Shown: positions 27,477 to 36,052 of the stretch, in pieces
Numbering within the stretch: position 1 is the stretch's first letter
How the letters are laid out: each line of letters begins with the position of its first letter
Assembly: GCA_036479435.1 (NCBI GenBank)
Contig: JAZGFI010000001.1
Span: forward strand, 1-53,726
Reading direction: 5' to 3'
Length of the DNA stretch: 53,726 nt
Origin: Planctomycetota bacterium
Lineage (GTDB): Bacteria > Planctomycetota > GCA-002687715 > DRQF01
Notes under the pieces: model-generated
What the model was told of the DNA's origin: nothing
What the model saw: only the letters and a program-made list of their open reading frames with translations
Databases searched by the model: none
Made by a program: the position numbers and the translations under genes

Positions 27477-29357
27477 ATGATCCGTATTGCACTCGCTGGC
27501 CTATTACTTCTGACCTTTGGCTTTTGCTCCGCAACAAAGGCCCAGGGCCCGCCGCAAAGAACGGTCTACGAGTCGAAATGTGGCAGCGAGATTGCCTGGC
27601 TGACCGATTTCGAAGCCGCTAAGGCCGCAGCGCTCAAGTCGAAAAAGCCGGTCTTTTGGTACGTCCCCGCCTCCTACGGCTCGCGCATGGATCGCCGCCA
27701 AGAACTCTACTGGAGCACGATGGGCGGCGCTTTCATGGATGAAGCGCTAATCGCGCTCATCAATCAGCGCTTTGTTCCGCTACGGCTGGGTCTTTCCAAG
27801 GTCATGCGCCGCAACCGCAATGAGACGATCCCCCCTCGCGAGCAGTGCAAGGCGCTCGCCGAAACCTACGGTCTCAAGCACCTAAAGTTCATCGAGCCGG
27901 GATTCGTTCTGCTCGACGCGGACATGAAACTCGTCCACACCATGGATGCACAAAGTACCTACAACCGCGGCTGGATGATGGCGCGCTTGAAACGAGTTAT
28001 GGCCACAAATCCCTCGATGGGTGGCCCCCTCCAGGGCCCCTTGCTGCCGGCGCGTGGCAAGGAACTAAAAACCGCTCACGATCACTTGGCCGCGGCCGAG
28101 TACCTCAGTGCTTTTGCGGCCTTCAACGGCAAAGCGCTCAGCAAAAACCCTGAGGCGCGCTTTTTTGCCGGCGCCTGCTATCACCGCCTGCAACGCACGA
28201 GCGAAGGAGACGCCATTTGGCGCAAGCTCGTCCAAGACCACAAGGACAGCCGCTGGGCTTGGAAGGCGAAACTCGAGCTCGACCGCTGGGGACCCTTCAT
28301 GCGCGGGCTAGAGTCTTATCGCCAATTTAGTCCTCGGGCCATGGCTTCCGACAACCTTCGCACCAGCACCATAGGCGGCGACCAAAGCAACCAAGAGGAA
28401 ATGGTCAAGGGCGCGGTCAACGTGCTACTCGAACAACAACGCGAAGACGGATCTTGGAACGACTCGATCTACGACTTCGGCGGCCTGGATAGTCTGCCGA
28501 ACGTTCACGTCGCGGTCACGGCCATCGCCGCGCGTGCTTTGTTGGAATGGCGGGCCGTGGCGCCACTGCGCGTCGACGCCGCCATCAAGCGTGCCATGCC
28601 CTACTTGTTGAGCGAAAAGAATACCAACCCCGCCGACAAAGACGAGTTGATTTGGGCCCATGTCTACCGCTTGCATTTCTTTGGCCGCTACGCCGAACTG
28701 CACGAAGAACAGGCGAAGAAGATCGGCAGAAAAATCCAACAGATCACCAAGCTGGTGCTGAAGCTGCGAGCAAGAAACGGCGCATGGCGGCACGAGTACA
28801 ACGCCGCCTTCACCACCGCGAGTGTCATCTGTGCCCTCAAGCAGGTCCAAAACTCCGGGGCAAAAGTGAAGCCCAGCGTGTTTAAGTTGACCGGGGTATC
28901 GCTCGCAGAAACGCGCAGCGAAAACGGTGGATTCAGCTACGGCTACTCCAAACGCGGCGCAAAGAGGATCGAAGGAACCGCGGGCCGCATGCCCTTGTGT
29001 GAATTGGCCCTCGTGTTGTGCGAGCAGTCAGATCAGGAGCGGCTCGCCAAAGCGATCGAAGTTGGATTTGCCGAGCACGCGCGCTTAGAAGCCGTCCGCA
29101 AATACGACGACCATTCCGACCGTTTCGGGAACGGCGGATTTTTTTACTGGTACGACATGTACGGACGCAGTTTGGCCATCGATCACATCGAAGGCGCGCC
29201 CGACAAAAAGCGAGCCTGGAAGAAGAAGATGCGCGAGATCATCCGTTCGACGCACGAAGCGGATGGCGCTTGGATTGACTCCCACGAGATCGGCAAGAGC
29301 TACGGTACGGCCATGGGTCTCATCACGCTGAAGATCAACGAGGACAAGACCCAGTAG
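27477..29357 (+). CDS. Secreted multidomain protein: thioredoxin-like, TPR-like and prenyltransferase/terpene-cyclase-type alpha/alpha barrel
   Basis: Signal peptide, IAWLTDFEAAKAAA..SKKPVF, and QW-like repeats QQREDGSW, ARNGAW, SENGGFSY and EADGAW. Confidence 0.7.
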   Translation: MIRIALAGLLLLTFGFCSATKAQGPPQRTVYESKCGSEIAWLTDFEAAKAAALKSKKPVFWYVPASYGSRMDRRQELYWSTMGGAFMDEALIALINQRFVPLRLGLSKVMRRNRNETIPPREQCKALAETYGLKHLKFIEPGFVLLDADMKLVHTMDAQSTYNRGWMMARLKRVMATNPSMGGPLQGPLLPARGKELKTAHDHLAAAEYLSAFAAFNGKALSKNPEARFFAGACYHRLQRTSEGDAIWRKLVQDHKDSRWAWKAKLELDRWGPFMRGLESYRQFSPRAMASDNLRTSTIGGDQSNQEEMVKGAVNVLLEQQREDGSWNDSIYDFGGLDSLPNVHVAVTAIAARALLEWRAVAPLRVDAAIKRAMPYLLSEKNTNPADKDELIWAHVYRLHFFGRYAELHEEQAKKIGRKIQQITKLVLKLRARNGAWRHEYNAAFTTASVICALKQVQNSGAKVKPSVFKLTGVSLAETRSENGGFSYGYSKRGAKRIEGTAGRMPLCELALVLCEQSDQERLAKAIEVGFAEHARLEAVRKYDDHSDRFGNGGFFYWYDMYGRSLAIDHIEGAPDKKRAWKKKMREIIRSTHEADGAWIDSHEIGKSYGTAMGLITLKINEDKTQ

Positions 29358-29391
29358 GCATCTGAGGTTCTAGATCCCTGCCGCAGTCGGT

Positions 29392-30309
29392 TTACTCGAC
29401 GATGTGCAACCAGCTGCGGTACTCCGGGCATTTTCCGCGCACCGCAGCGAAGTACTTTTCTTGCAACGCCTTGGTGATCGGGCCTGGCATGCCGTTTCCG
29501 ATTTGGCGGTCGTCGACTTCGCGCACTGGCGTCACCTCGGCCGCGGTTCCGCACATGAAGAACTCGTCGGCAATGTAGAGTTCGTCGCGCGTGATATCGC
29601 GCTCCACGATTTCGAATCCCAGATCTCGCATGATGCGCATCGAGCTATCGCGTGTGATGCCCGCCAACACCGAAGTGACCGGGGGCGTCGTCACCAAGCC
29701 GTCGCGAACGATAAAGATGTTTTCGCCGCTGGCTTCAACGGCGTGGCCCGTCGTGTCGAGCATGATCGCTTCTTCGTAGCCCATGTCGAGCGCTTCACGC
29801 TTCGCCAAGATGTTGTTGACGTACATGCCGTTGATTTTGCCCTTCAGCATGTGCGAGTTGACGTGACTGCGCGCAAACGAAGACACCTTGGCCCGGATGC
29901 CGTTTTTTATGCCGTCTTCGCCGAGGTACGCGCCCCACTCAAAAGCGGCTACTGAGGCGATCGGCGGGTTGTCGATCGACGCCAATCCCAATTCGCCGTA
30001 GCCGCTGGCGAGCATCGGGCGCAGATAGGCAGAGACCAACTTGTTGTCGCGAATGACGTCCTCGCAGGCCCGCATCCAGGTTTCGTCGTCATAGGGGTTG
30101 CCGAGCCGCAGGATATGAGCCGATTCGCGCATTCGTCTAATGTGCTCGCCCAGACGAAAAATCGCGCGGCCGCCACCGTCGAGTTCGTAGCAACGAATAC
30201 CCTCAAAAACGCCAAAGCCGTAGTGAATGACGTGACTCAAGACATGCACTTGCGCTTTTTCCCAGGGCACCAGCTCGCCGTTCATCCAAATCGTGTCGAC
30301 TGCTTTCAC
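29392..30309 (-). CDS. ilvE: Branched-chain amino acid aminotransferase
   Basis: IWMNGELVPW..A.VHVLSH..HYG.GVFEGIR, K..G.Y.N, EASGENIF, LAGITR and F.CGTAAEVTP. Confidence 0.96.
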   Translation of the reverse strand: MKAVDTIWMNGELVPWEKAQVHVLSHVIHYGFGVFEGIRCYELDGGGRAIFRLGEHIRRMRESAHILRLGNPYDDETWMRACEDVIRDNKLVSAYLRPMLASGYGELGLASIDNPPIASVAAFEWGAYLGEDGIKNGIRAKVSSFARSHVNSHMLKGKINGMYVNNILAKREALDMGYEEAIMLDTTGHAVEASGENIFIVRDGLVTTPPVTSVLAGITRDSSMRIMRDLGFEIVERDITRDELYIADEFFMCGTAAEVTPVREVDDRQIGNGMPGPITKALQEKYFAAVRGKCPEYRSWLHIVE

Positions 30310-30474
30310 GCGTTCACCTCAAGTCTAACTGGCGGCCCAAATCAGGGTCTCGCATCATACGCGCATCGCAAGCTCTGTGCTCGGGGACAATTGTCCTCAA
30401 GTTCAGCGCCAGCCTCGCAAGAAAGACCCGTTGCGGTTAAAAGAAGGCACAACAATTATTGAGGATAATCCGGA

Positions 30475-30825
30475 ATGTCGAAGATCGAGACCTTTGAGAA
30501 CCCGAACAAAGACCGTGACTACTTGATCTGCCACGAGGTGGAAGAATTCACCTCGGTCTGCCCGAAGACGGGGCACCCGGATTTCGGACAAATGACGATC
30601 ACCTATCGGCCCGCCGATACCTGCATCGAACTGAAGGCGCTCAAGCTCTACCTTCAACAGTTCCGCAACGAAGGCATTTTCTACGAGGCCCTCACCAACA
30701 AGGTTCTCGACGACATGGTAGCCGCCTGCAAGCCGCGCTGGATGGAGCTCGAGACCAGGTGGTCCTCGAGAGGCGGTATCCACTCGATCATTACGGTCGA
30801 CTACGACGTCGATACCGACGCTTGA
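30475..30825 (+). CDS. queF: NADPH-dependent 7-cyano-7-deazaguanine reductase (type 1)
   Basis: EFTSVCPKTGHPDF, IELKALKLYL..FRNEGIFYE and RGGI. Confidence 0.96.
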   Translation: MSKIETFENPNKDRDYLICHEVEEFTSVCPKTGHPDFGQMTITYRPADTCIELKALKLYLQQFRNEGIFYEALTNKVLDDMVAACKPRWMELETRWSSRGGIHSIITVDYDVDTDA

Positions 30826-30853
30826 TGCCAACCATGGACGACTGAGGCCTCTA

Positions 30854-31264
30854 GTGCGCTTTTACTCCGTCAAAGACATGCTCGGGCTGCCGCTCTACAT
30901 CTTCGCTGGGCTCGCGCTCATGGCGTCGATTTTGCTGCCCCCCTCAGGCTACGGAGAGGTCTCGGTTTGCGCCTTCAAAAACGCAACCGGGCGTTCTTGC
31001 TTTGGCTGTGGGATGACGCGCGGCGTCACCTCGATCAGCCACATCGAACCCGAGATGGCCTGGAGTTTTCACCCCTTTGCCTTTTTGCTGTGGCCCATCA
31101 TGATCTTGTTGGCCCTATCTCTGATCCCCCACTTCCGCCGCGGATTCGAACGGCAACTCAGCGCTCAAGACCACTGGATCACACCGGTGTTTTGGTCGGG
31201 AGCGCTGGGGTTTTTGGTGTTTGGGGTTGCCCGCCTGATATGGGGCGAGACTTTTTGGCTCTAA
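30854..31264 (+). CDS. DUF2752 family membrane protein
   Basis: CAFKNATGRSCFGCGMTRG motif with three hydrophobic helices. Confidence 0.85.
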   Translation: MRFYSVKDMLGLPLYIFAGLALMASILLPPSGYGEVSVCAFKNATGRSCFGCGMTRGVTSISHIEPEMAWSFHPFAFLLWPIMILLALSLIPHFRRGFERQLSAQDHWITPVFWSGALGFLVFGVARLIWGETFWL

Positions 31265-31279
31265 TCCGGGCCCAGCGTA

Positions 31280-31594
31280 TCAGGCCGTGATGTCGCGGCC
31301 GTGCTCGCGGAGGGTGCGGTAGCTGAAGATGCCGGTTTGGTGACCGTCTGAAAAAAGCACCAGGAAGGCGTAGGTTCCCACCTGTTTCATGCTTTTGACG
31401 GTGACGCCGCGGACGTCCTCAAAGCTGACTTTGACGATACCAGTCCATTCCTCGACGCAGGTCGCGCAGGGGCATTTGGAGCGGAGGTAGTCGCCATCTA
31501 GTTCGGTCGTGATGCCGTCGGCCCAGAGGATGCGGATTTTTCCGTCCTCGCCGCGGCTGAGGTTTTTGGGGCTGTGTTTGGGGGCAAAGGTCAT
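31280..31594 (-). CDS. DUF971 / GBBH-like N-terminal domain protein
   Basis: I.W.DG......LR..CPCA.C and VG.YA....FSDGH.TGIFSY..L. Confidence 0.9.
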   Translation of the reverse strand: MTFAPKHSPKNLSRGEDGKIRILWADGITTELDGDYLRSKCPCATCVEEWTGIVKVSFEDVRGVTVKSMKQVGTYAFLVLFSDGHQTGIFSYRTLREHGRDITA

Positions 31595-31625
31595 AGTGTG
31601 ACTATTCTAGCGCTACTTGAACCCT

Positions 31626-31916
31626 CTATAAAATGCCAAAGGCAATGAAAAGAACCACCATGAGCAAAATGAGCCAAAGGCCCCAAGAGCGCGAGGAAGA
31701 GCGTTTAGGGTGCCCCATCGTCACCCAGGCTCCACAAATGGCGCATTTTTCGCTCGTGTCATAGATCTCGGCGCCACAAGATGGGCAAGGAAGTGTGTCA
31801 CCTTCGCCACTCTCGTCGTCGCAGTAAGGGCAGCCGTCGAGAAAGGCGGGGATTTCGCTGCCGCAACCCTCGCAAGTGATGTTGTCGGCTTCGTCGTCGA
31901 AACTGAGGTTGACCAT
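31626..31916 (-). CDS. Double zinc-ribbon protein with a C-terminal membrane anchor
   Basis: CEGC/CPYC and CPSC/CAIC pairs followed by a hydrophobic tail. Confidence 0.75.
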   Translation of the reverse strand: MVNLSFDDEADNITCEGCGSEIPAFLDGCPYCDDESGEGDTLPCPSCGAEIYDTSEKCAICGAWVTMGHPKRSSSRSWGLWLILLMVVLFIAFGIL

Positions 31917-32067
31917 GACCTCATGCTAACCGGGCCTTGATCCGACGCGAAATCGCGATTGTTCGAGCCTGAGAACATGACAAGAGCCGACGAGACGGTA
32001 CTATTTTCAAAACCTCGGCGTACTCGTGCGAATGCTGCGCGGAATTGATGATTGGGAGGAGACGATC

Positions 32068-33006
32068 TTGGAATTCGCTCTACAAACCAAGGGTTTCGGC
32101 AAGACCTACCGCGGTGGGCTCGAAGCATTGAAGCCCCTCGATTTGGAAATTCCCCCGGGAACTTGCTTTGGCCTTTTAGGGCCAAATGGCGCCGGCAAAT
32201 CCACGCTGGTGAAAACGCTGCTGTCTATCGTCCGCCCCACGGTCGGTTCGGCGACCCTATTGGGGTTGGACTCAAGGCGGCCCCATGCTCGACGTAGTGT
32301 CGGCTACCTTCCCGAAGGGCACCGCTTCCCGCGCTACCTCACCGGCGGCGGCGTGTGCGAGTACTTCGGCCGCCTGGGTGGCCTCAGTGGCTCGGAACTC
32401 AAGCAAGAGATCGACGAGAAGCTCGGCTTGGTCGGCATGAGCGAGTGGAAGACCACGAAGATCTCAAAGTACTCCAAGGGCATGAACCAGCGGGTCGGTT
32501 TGGCTCAAGCCATGATCGGCAACCCCAAACTCATCTTTCTCGATGAGCCGACTGACGGCGTCGACCCTCAGGGACGCCGCGAACTGCGCGACGTCATTAA
32601 GGCGGCCGCCGAGCGCGGCACGACGATCTTTTTTAATTCTCACCTGCTGAGTGAAGTGGAAGTCATTTGTGATCGCATCGCGATCTTGAACAAAGGCGTC
32701 ACGATCACCTCGGGTACGGTTGACGAGATCAAGCGTCAAGTCAGTTCGAAATCCGAAGGGATCTCCGTCGACTTTCGCTGCGGTGAATTGACGCCCGGCG
32801 TGAAGGCCGCCCTTAAGGATCGAGCCGCGACCTTTAGTGCTAGCGGCTTCAATCTTGAGCTCCAAGACCAATCCCAGATCGACGGCATCGTCGATGCCTT
32901 GCGGCGCGATAGCGTTTCGATTTTCTCGATTAAGCAGCAAGAGACCAATCTCGAAGACGCCTTTATCTCGCTCATCCAAGACACCGGTACGGGAGCCCAA
33001 CTGTGA
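32068..33006 (+). CDS. ABC transporter ATP-binding protein
   Basis: GPNGAGKST, YSKGMNQR, FLDEPT and SH. Probable TTG start at 32068 after GGGAGG. Confidence 0.93.
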   Translation: MEFALQTKGFGKTYRGGLEALKPLDLEIPPGTCFGLLGPNGAGKSTLVKTLLSIVRPTVGSATLLGLDSRRPHARRSVGYLPEGHRFPRYLTGGGVCEYFGRLGGLSGSELKQEIDEKLGLVGMSEWKTTKISKYSKGMNQRVGLAQAMIGNPKLIFLDEPTDGVDPQGRRELRDVIKAAAERGTTIFFNSHLLSEVEVICDRIAILNKGVTITSGTVDEIKRQVSSKSEGISVDFRCGELTPGVKAALKDRAATFSASGFNLELQDQSQIDGIVDALRRDSVSIFSIKQQETNLEDAFISLIQDTGTGAQL

Positions 33007-34280
33007 ACGCATTCTTGGCCATCGTCGCGGACACTTGGCGACAATCAAAACAGCAAGTCGTCTTCATCATCATGTTGATCATGTTGATGATCGTGGCCAT
33101 CGGAGTGGTTGTGATCTCGACGACCATGGAAGTCGTCGAGTTCGAAGGCGTTAACCCGTCGCAAACGCACGAAGCGCTGCACGACAAGATCGCCAAGATC
33201 GCTCCGGTCAAAGATCACGGGTTCCAAAATCGCAGACTTCCAATGGATCTTCGGGACCAACCGGATCCCGACAAGGCAGACGATCCTGACAATGAGCCCG
33301 GCGAAGTGCCATTGATTACTCGTCAGGTGAAAGGCTGGTTCATTCTCGAATCGGGTGGCGACAACGAGAAGGTCGTGGCCGCCCTTAACTCCGAGAGTTC
33401 CTTACGTGCGGGTGAGAACTTCGAGTTCAGGGTCGTCAAGCGCTATGCCTTTATCTGGACCGACGGGCCTATCGACTTCTTCCACGAGTATTGGAACCAG
33501 GCCTATCTCGGCGCCGAAATCGCCGCTTCGGGCGAAAAGCTCTCGCCCTTTGATGGTGACAGCCAGCAAGAGATGCAGAATCGAGCGGAGGCTCTCGATC
33601 GAAGATTCCAAGTCGAAAAATCGACGAGCAAGTTGCAGCGTTCCGTGGAATCCGTATTCGATTGGTCCATGAGTTTTTTCTACACGATCTCCATGATCTT
33701 GTTCATCGCAGCTTGCGCGGGCTACTTTCCCGGACTCCTCGCCGCTGGCGCCGTTGATGTCGTGTTGTCAAAACCGATCTCACGGTTTTACATCTTCGTC
33801 GGCAAGTACCTGGGCGGCCTGCTTCTGTTTGCGATCGCCGTGCTTCTCGCGACGACGATTCTATATTTCGGCATGGGAATGCGAACGGGGATTTGGGTCA
33901 GTCGGGCCTTCACAGCGCTGCCTTTGCTCGTCTTCTCGGCCGCGGTGATCTTCTCCCTACTCGCTCTGATCGGGGTCCTCACCCGAAGCACCGCAATGGC
34001 GATGATCATCGGCTACCTGTTCTACGTCGTGATCGACACGGTTCTCGCGACCGCGATTGGATTGTATCGGTCGGGAGTCATGGACGAGGTCGCGTGGTTG
34101 AAGAAGATCGTTGAGACCATCTACTACGTCTTCCCGAACTTCGTCTTGCTCAAAAATACCGCGGTGACGTCCGTTATGACTCAACCCTACGTCGACTGGC
34201 AACCCGTCGGCACCGCCGCCGCGTGGATGGTGTTGTCTTTGGCCCTCGGGTTTTGGCGTTTCCGTGCCAAGGACTACTAG
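33003..34280 (+). CDS. ABC-2 type transporter permease
   Basis: Overlaps the ATPase stop. Multiple TM helices, LSKPISR...GKYLG, ends FRAKDY. Confidence 0.88.
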   Translation: MNAFLAIVADTWRQSKQQVVFIIMLIMLMIVAIGVVVISTTMEVVEFEGVNPSQTHEALHDKIAKIAPVKDHGFQNRRLPMDLRDQPDPDKADDPDNEPGEVPLITRQVKGWFILESGGDNEKVVAALNSESSLRAGENFEFRVVKRYAFIWTDGPIDFFHEYWNQAYLGAEIAASGEKLSPFDGDSQQEMQNRAEALDRRFQVEKSTSKLQRSVESVFDWSMSFFYTISMILFIAACAGYFPGLLAAGAVDVVLSKPISRFYIFVGKYLGGLLLFAIAVLLATTILYFGMGMRTGIWVSRAFTALPLLVFSAAVIFSLLALIGVLTRSTAMAMIIGYLFYVVIDTVLATAIGLYRSGVMDEVAWLKKIVETIYYVFPNFVLLKNTAVTSVMTQPYVDWQPVGTAAAWMVLSLALGFWRFRAKDY

Positions 34281-34289
34281 ACTCGAAAG

Positions 34290-34973
34290 TTAAGCAGGAA
34301 TCAGGCGGGGGTTAATCCCGTAGAAGAACCGGCGCCGTTTTTGTTCGAGATCCTCGAGCAAAAGCGGCGCGCCTGCAAAAGGGCCCGCCGCCGATTCATC
34401 TCCCTTGCCTGAGCTCAACCAAGTCCGCCAGTCCACTTGCTCCATCCGCGCTAACTGCGGGAGCGCAAAGGGCGCGAAACTCCAGTGCCAGGGCTCGGGA
34501 AAAAAGCCTCCGCGAGGGCGATCGTAAGGGCGCAGAAAACCGTACTCGGGCGCGTTGGCTTCGAGCCAGGCTCCGGTTTCGGCCAAGGGCCCACCGGACT
34601 GCCAATCTTTGGGGTCAAGGCGCGGCGTTCCGGTTAAGGCCTGCGAGATGAGATCGATCTCCGTACCCCAGTGGTGCCTCGACCAGCCGGGCGGCGCGCT
34701 GTACTCAAGAATCTTCGCGACCGCAGCGCTGGCGTCCAAGCCTTGGGCGCAATGCTCCTCGAATTGACGATTCCAGATCGCTGTTTGCCGATCGACGCTG
34801 CGAAAACCAGAAACTGGAAAAAGCGCAATGCCGTCGCGCCGAGCGGCATCACAGAGCACCCGCCACGGCGCCGCCACGGCCGACAACAGCTGTACTTCGT
34901 GCTCAGGGGCGGCGAGCACGGAAACTAACTTTTGGGGATTCGCCTCGATCTGCGATCGCGCCAGCGACGTCAT
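34290..34973 (-). CDS. M15B (VanY-like) D-Ala-D-Ala carboxypeptidase
   Basis: SGFRS..RQ..IW, SAPPG.SRHHWGT.ID and EPWHW. Start re-called at 34973, overlapping the upstream stop. Confidence 0.88.
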   Translation of the reverse strand: MTSLARSQIEANPQKLVSVLAAPEHEVQLLSAVAAPWRVLCDAARRDGIALFPVSGFRSVDRQTAIWNRQFEEHCAQGLDASAAVAKILEYSAPPGWSRHHWGTEIDLISQALTGTPRLDPKDWQSGGPLAETGAWLEANAPEYGFLRPYDRPRGGFFPEPWHWSFAPFALPQLARMEQVDWRTWLSSGKGDESAAGPFAGAPLLLEDLEQKRRRFFYGINPRLIPA

Positions 34974-36052
34974 CGCTTTTCGGGTTTCGCTTCGTCGCCG
35001 GTTTTCGGTTTGCCATCGGGGCCGTAGACCTCGGCCCAAATCTTCGCATGGAGCTTTGTGGCCGCAACGTGGCCCGGCGACTCGCGCAGGGCTCGCTCGG
35101 CCTGCAAACGCGCGTCGCGCATCTCGCCGGTCTTATAGAGGCACAGGGCCACGCAGTAACGCAAATCGCCATCCGTCGACCGGGCTACCGCGAGAGCCTT
35201 GTAAGGACCCAGGGCGTCAGCGTAGTTACCGAACTTAAGATAGATATCCGCGAGGCCCTTCAGGGCGTCGAGATCGCTGGGGTTTTTCGCCAGGGCCCCG
35301 CGGTAGGCGCCCATAAGCTCGCGCGAACGCCGCACGGCGAGGTGTCTTTCCTTAGCCAACTTCGCCTGAGCACGATTGCCTTTTTTGGCGTAGGCAAAAG
35401 CGAGGTTCATGAGAGCTGCTTCGTGAAGACCGTCGTGCTTGCGAACGAATTCCAGGTGTTTGATGGCCTCATCGAGTTTCCCTTCGAGCCGCGCCATCAA
35501 GCCCAAGCGAAAGTTGATCTTGAGTGAGTGCGGGTCGGCGGCGTAGGCAAGTCTCATCTGTTCCCGAGCTTGTTTGCGTTGACCGCGAGCTAAGGCGATG
35601 AGACCCGTTCCAAAGTGACCTTGAGCCCGATCCTGCGACGCAGGTGCCGACTTGGCGAGGAAGGCGTAGAACTTCTGAGCGTCATCAAGACGCCCTAGCT
35701 TGTAGAGGCAATAGGGATAATTCGGCACCTTCGTGCGAAGCTTGGGCTCTTTTCGCAGCCCGAGCTCAAACGCCGTCACCGCATCATCGTAACGCTGCAA
35801 CAAAAACAGACACTCCGCCCGCAGTAGGTTCAAAAGCCCAGACTTGGGGTAGGTCTTTTCGGCGCGAGAAATGTGTTTGACGGCAAACTGGTAGTTGAGT
35901 TGATCCATCAAACGTTTGGCTCGATTGATCTGATACTGAACGCCGCCATCTGCCCCTTGGGATTGCGCCACCAAGGTCTGTTGCCCCGTGATGGGCCACG
36001 ATGCGCTGCCGACGAGGACCGCGAAGAGCAACAAATGGAGCTGGGACCTCAT
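34970..36052 (-). CDS. Secreted TPR protein
   Basis: Signal peptide from ATG 36052 and multiple TPR repeats. Confidence 0.8.
   Translation of the reverse strand: MRSQLHLLLFAVLVGSASWPITGQQTLVAQSQGADGGVQYQINRAKRLMDQLNYQFAVKHISRAEKTYPKSGLLNLLRAECLFLLQRYDDAVTAFELGLRKEPKLRTKVPNYPYCLYKLGRLDDAQKFYAFLAKSAPASQDRAQGHFGTGLIALARGQRKQAREQMRLAYAADPHSLKINFRLGLMARLEGKLDEAIKHLEFVRKHDGLHEAALMNLAFAYAKKGNRAQAKLAKERHLAVRRSRELMGAYRGALAKNPSDLDALKGLADIYLKFGNYADALGPYKALAVARSTDGDLRYCVALCLYKTGEMRDARLQAERALRESPGHVAATKLHAKIWAEVYGPDGKPKTGDEAKPEKR

Noticed and set aside
30405..30470. Weak hairpin (CGCAA...TTGCG) and A-rich tail upstream of queF as a possible preQ1 riboswitch
   Set aside because: The loop does not match the preQ1 consensus I know. 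An Infernal search against the Rfam preQ1 models would settle it.
31604..31634. TTCTAGCGCTACTTGAACCCTCTATAAAA resembles a preQ1-I riboswitch, and queF is nearby
   Set aside because: It lacks the 5' strand of P1, lies about 0.8 kb downstream of queF, and is antisense to the flanking genes. Probably coincidence.
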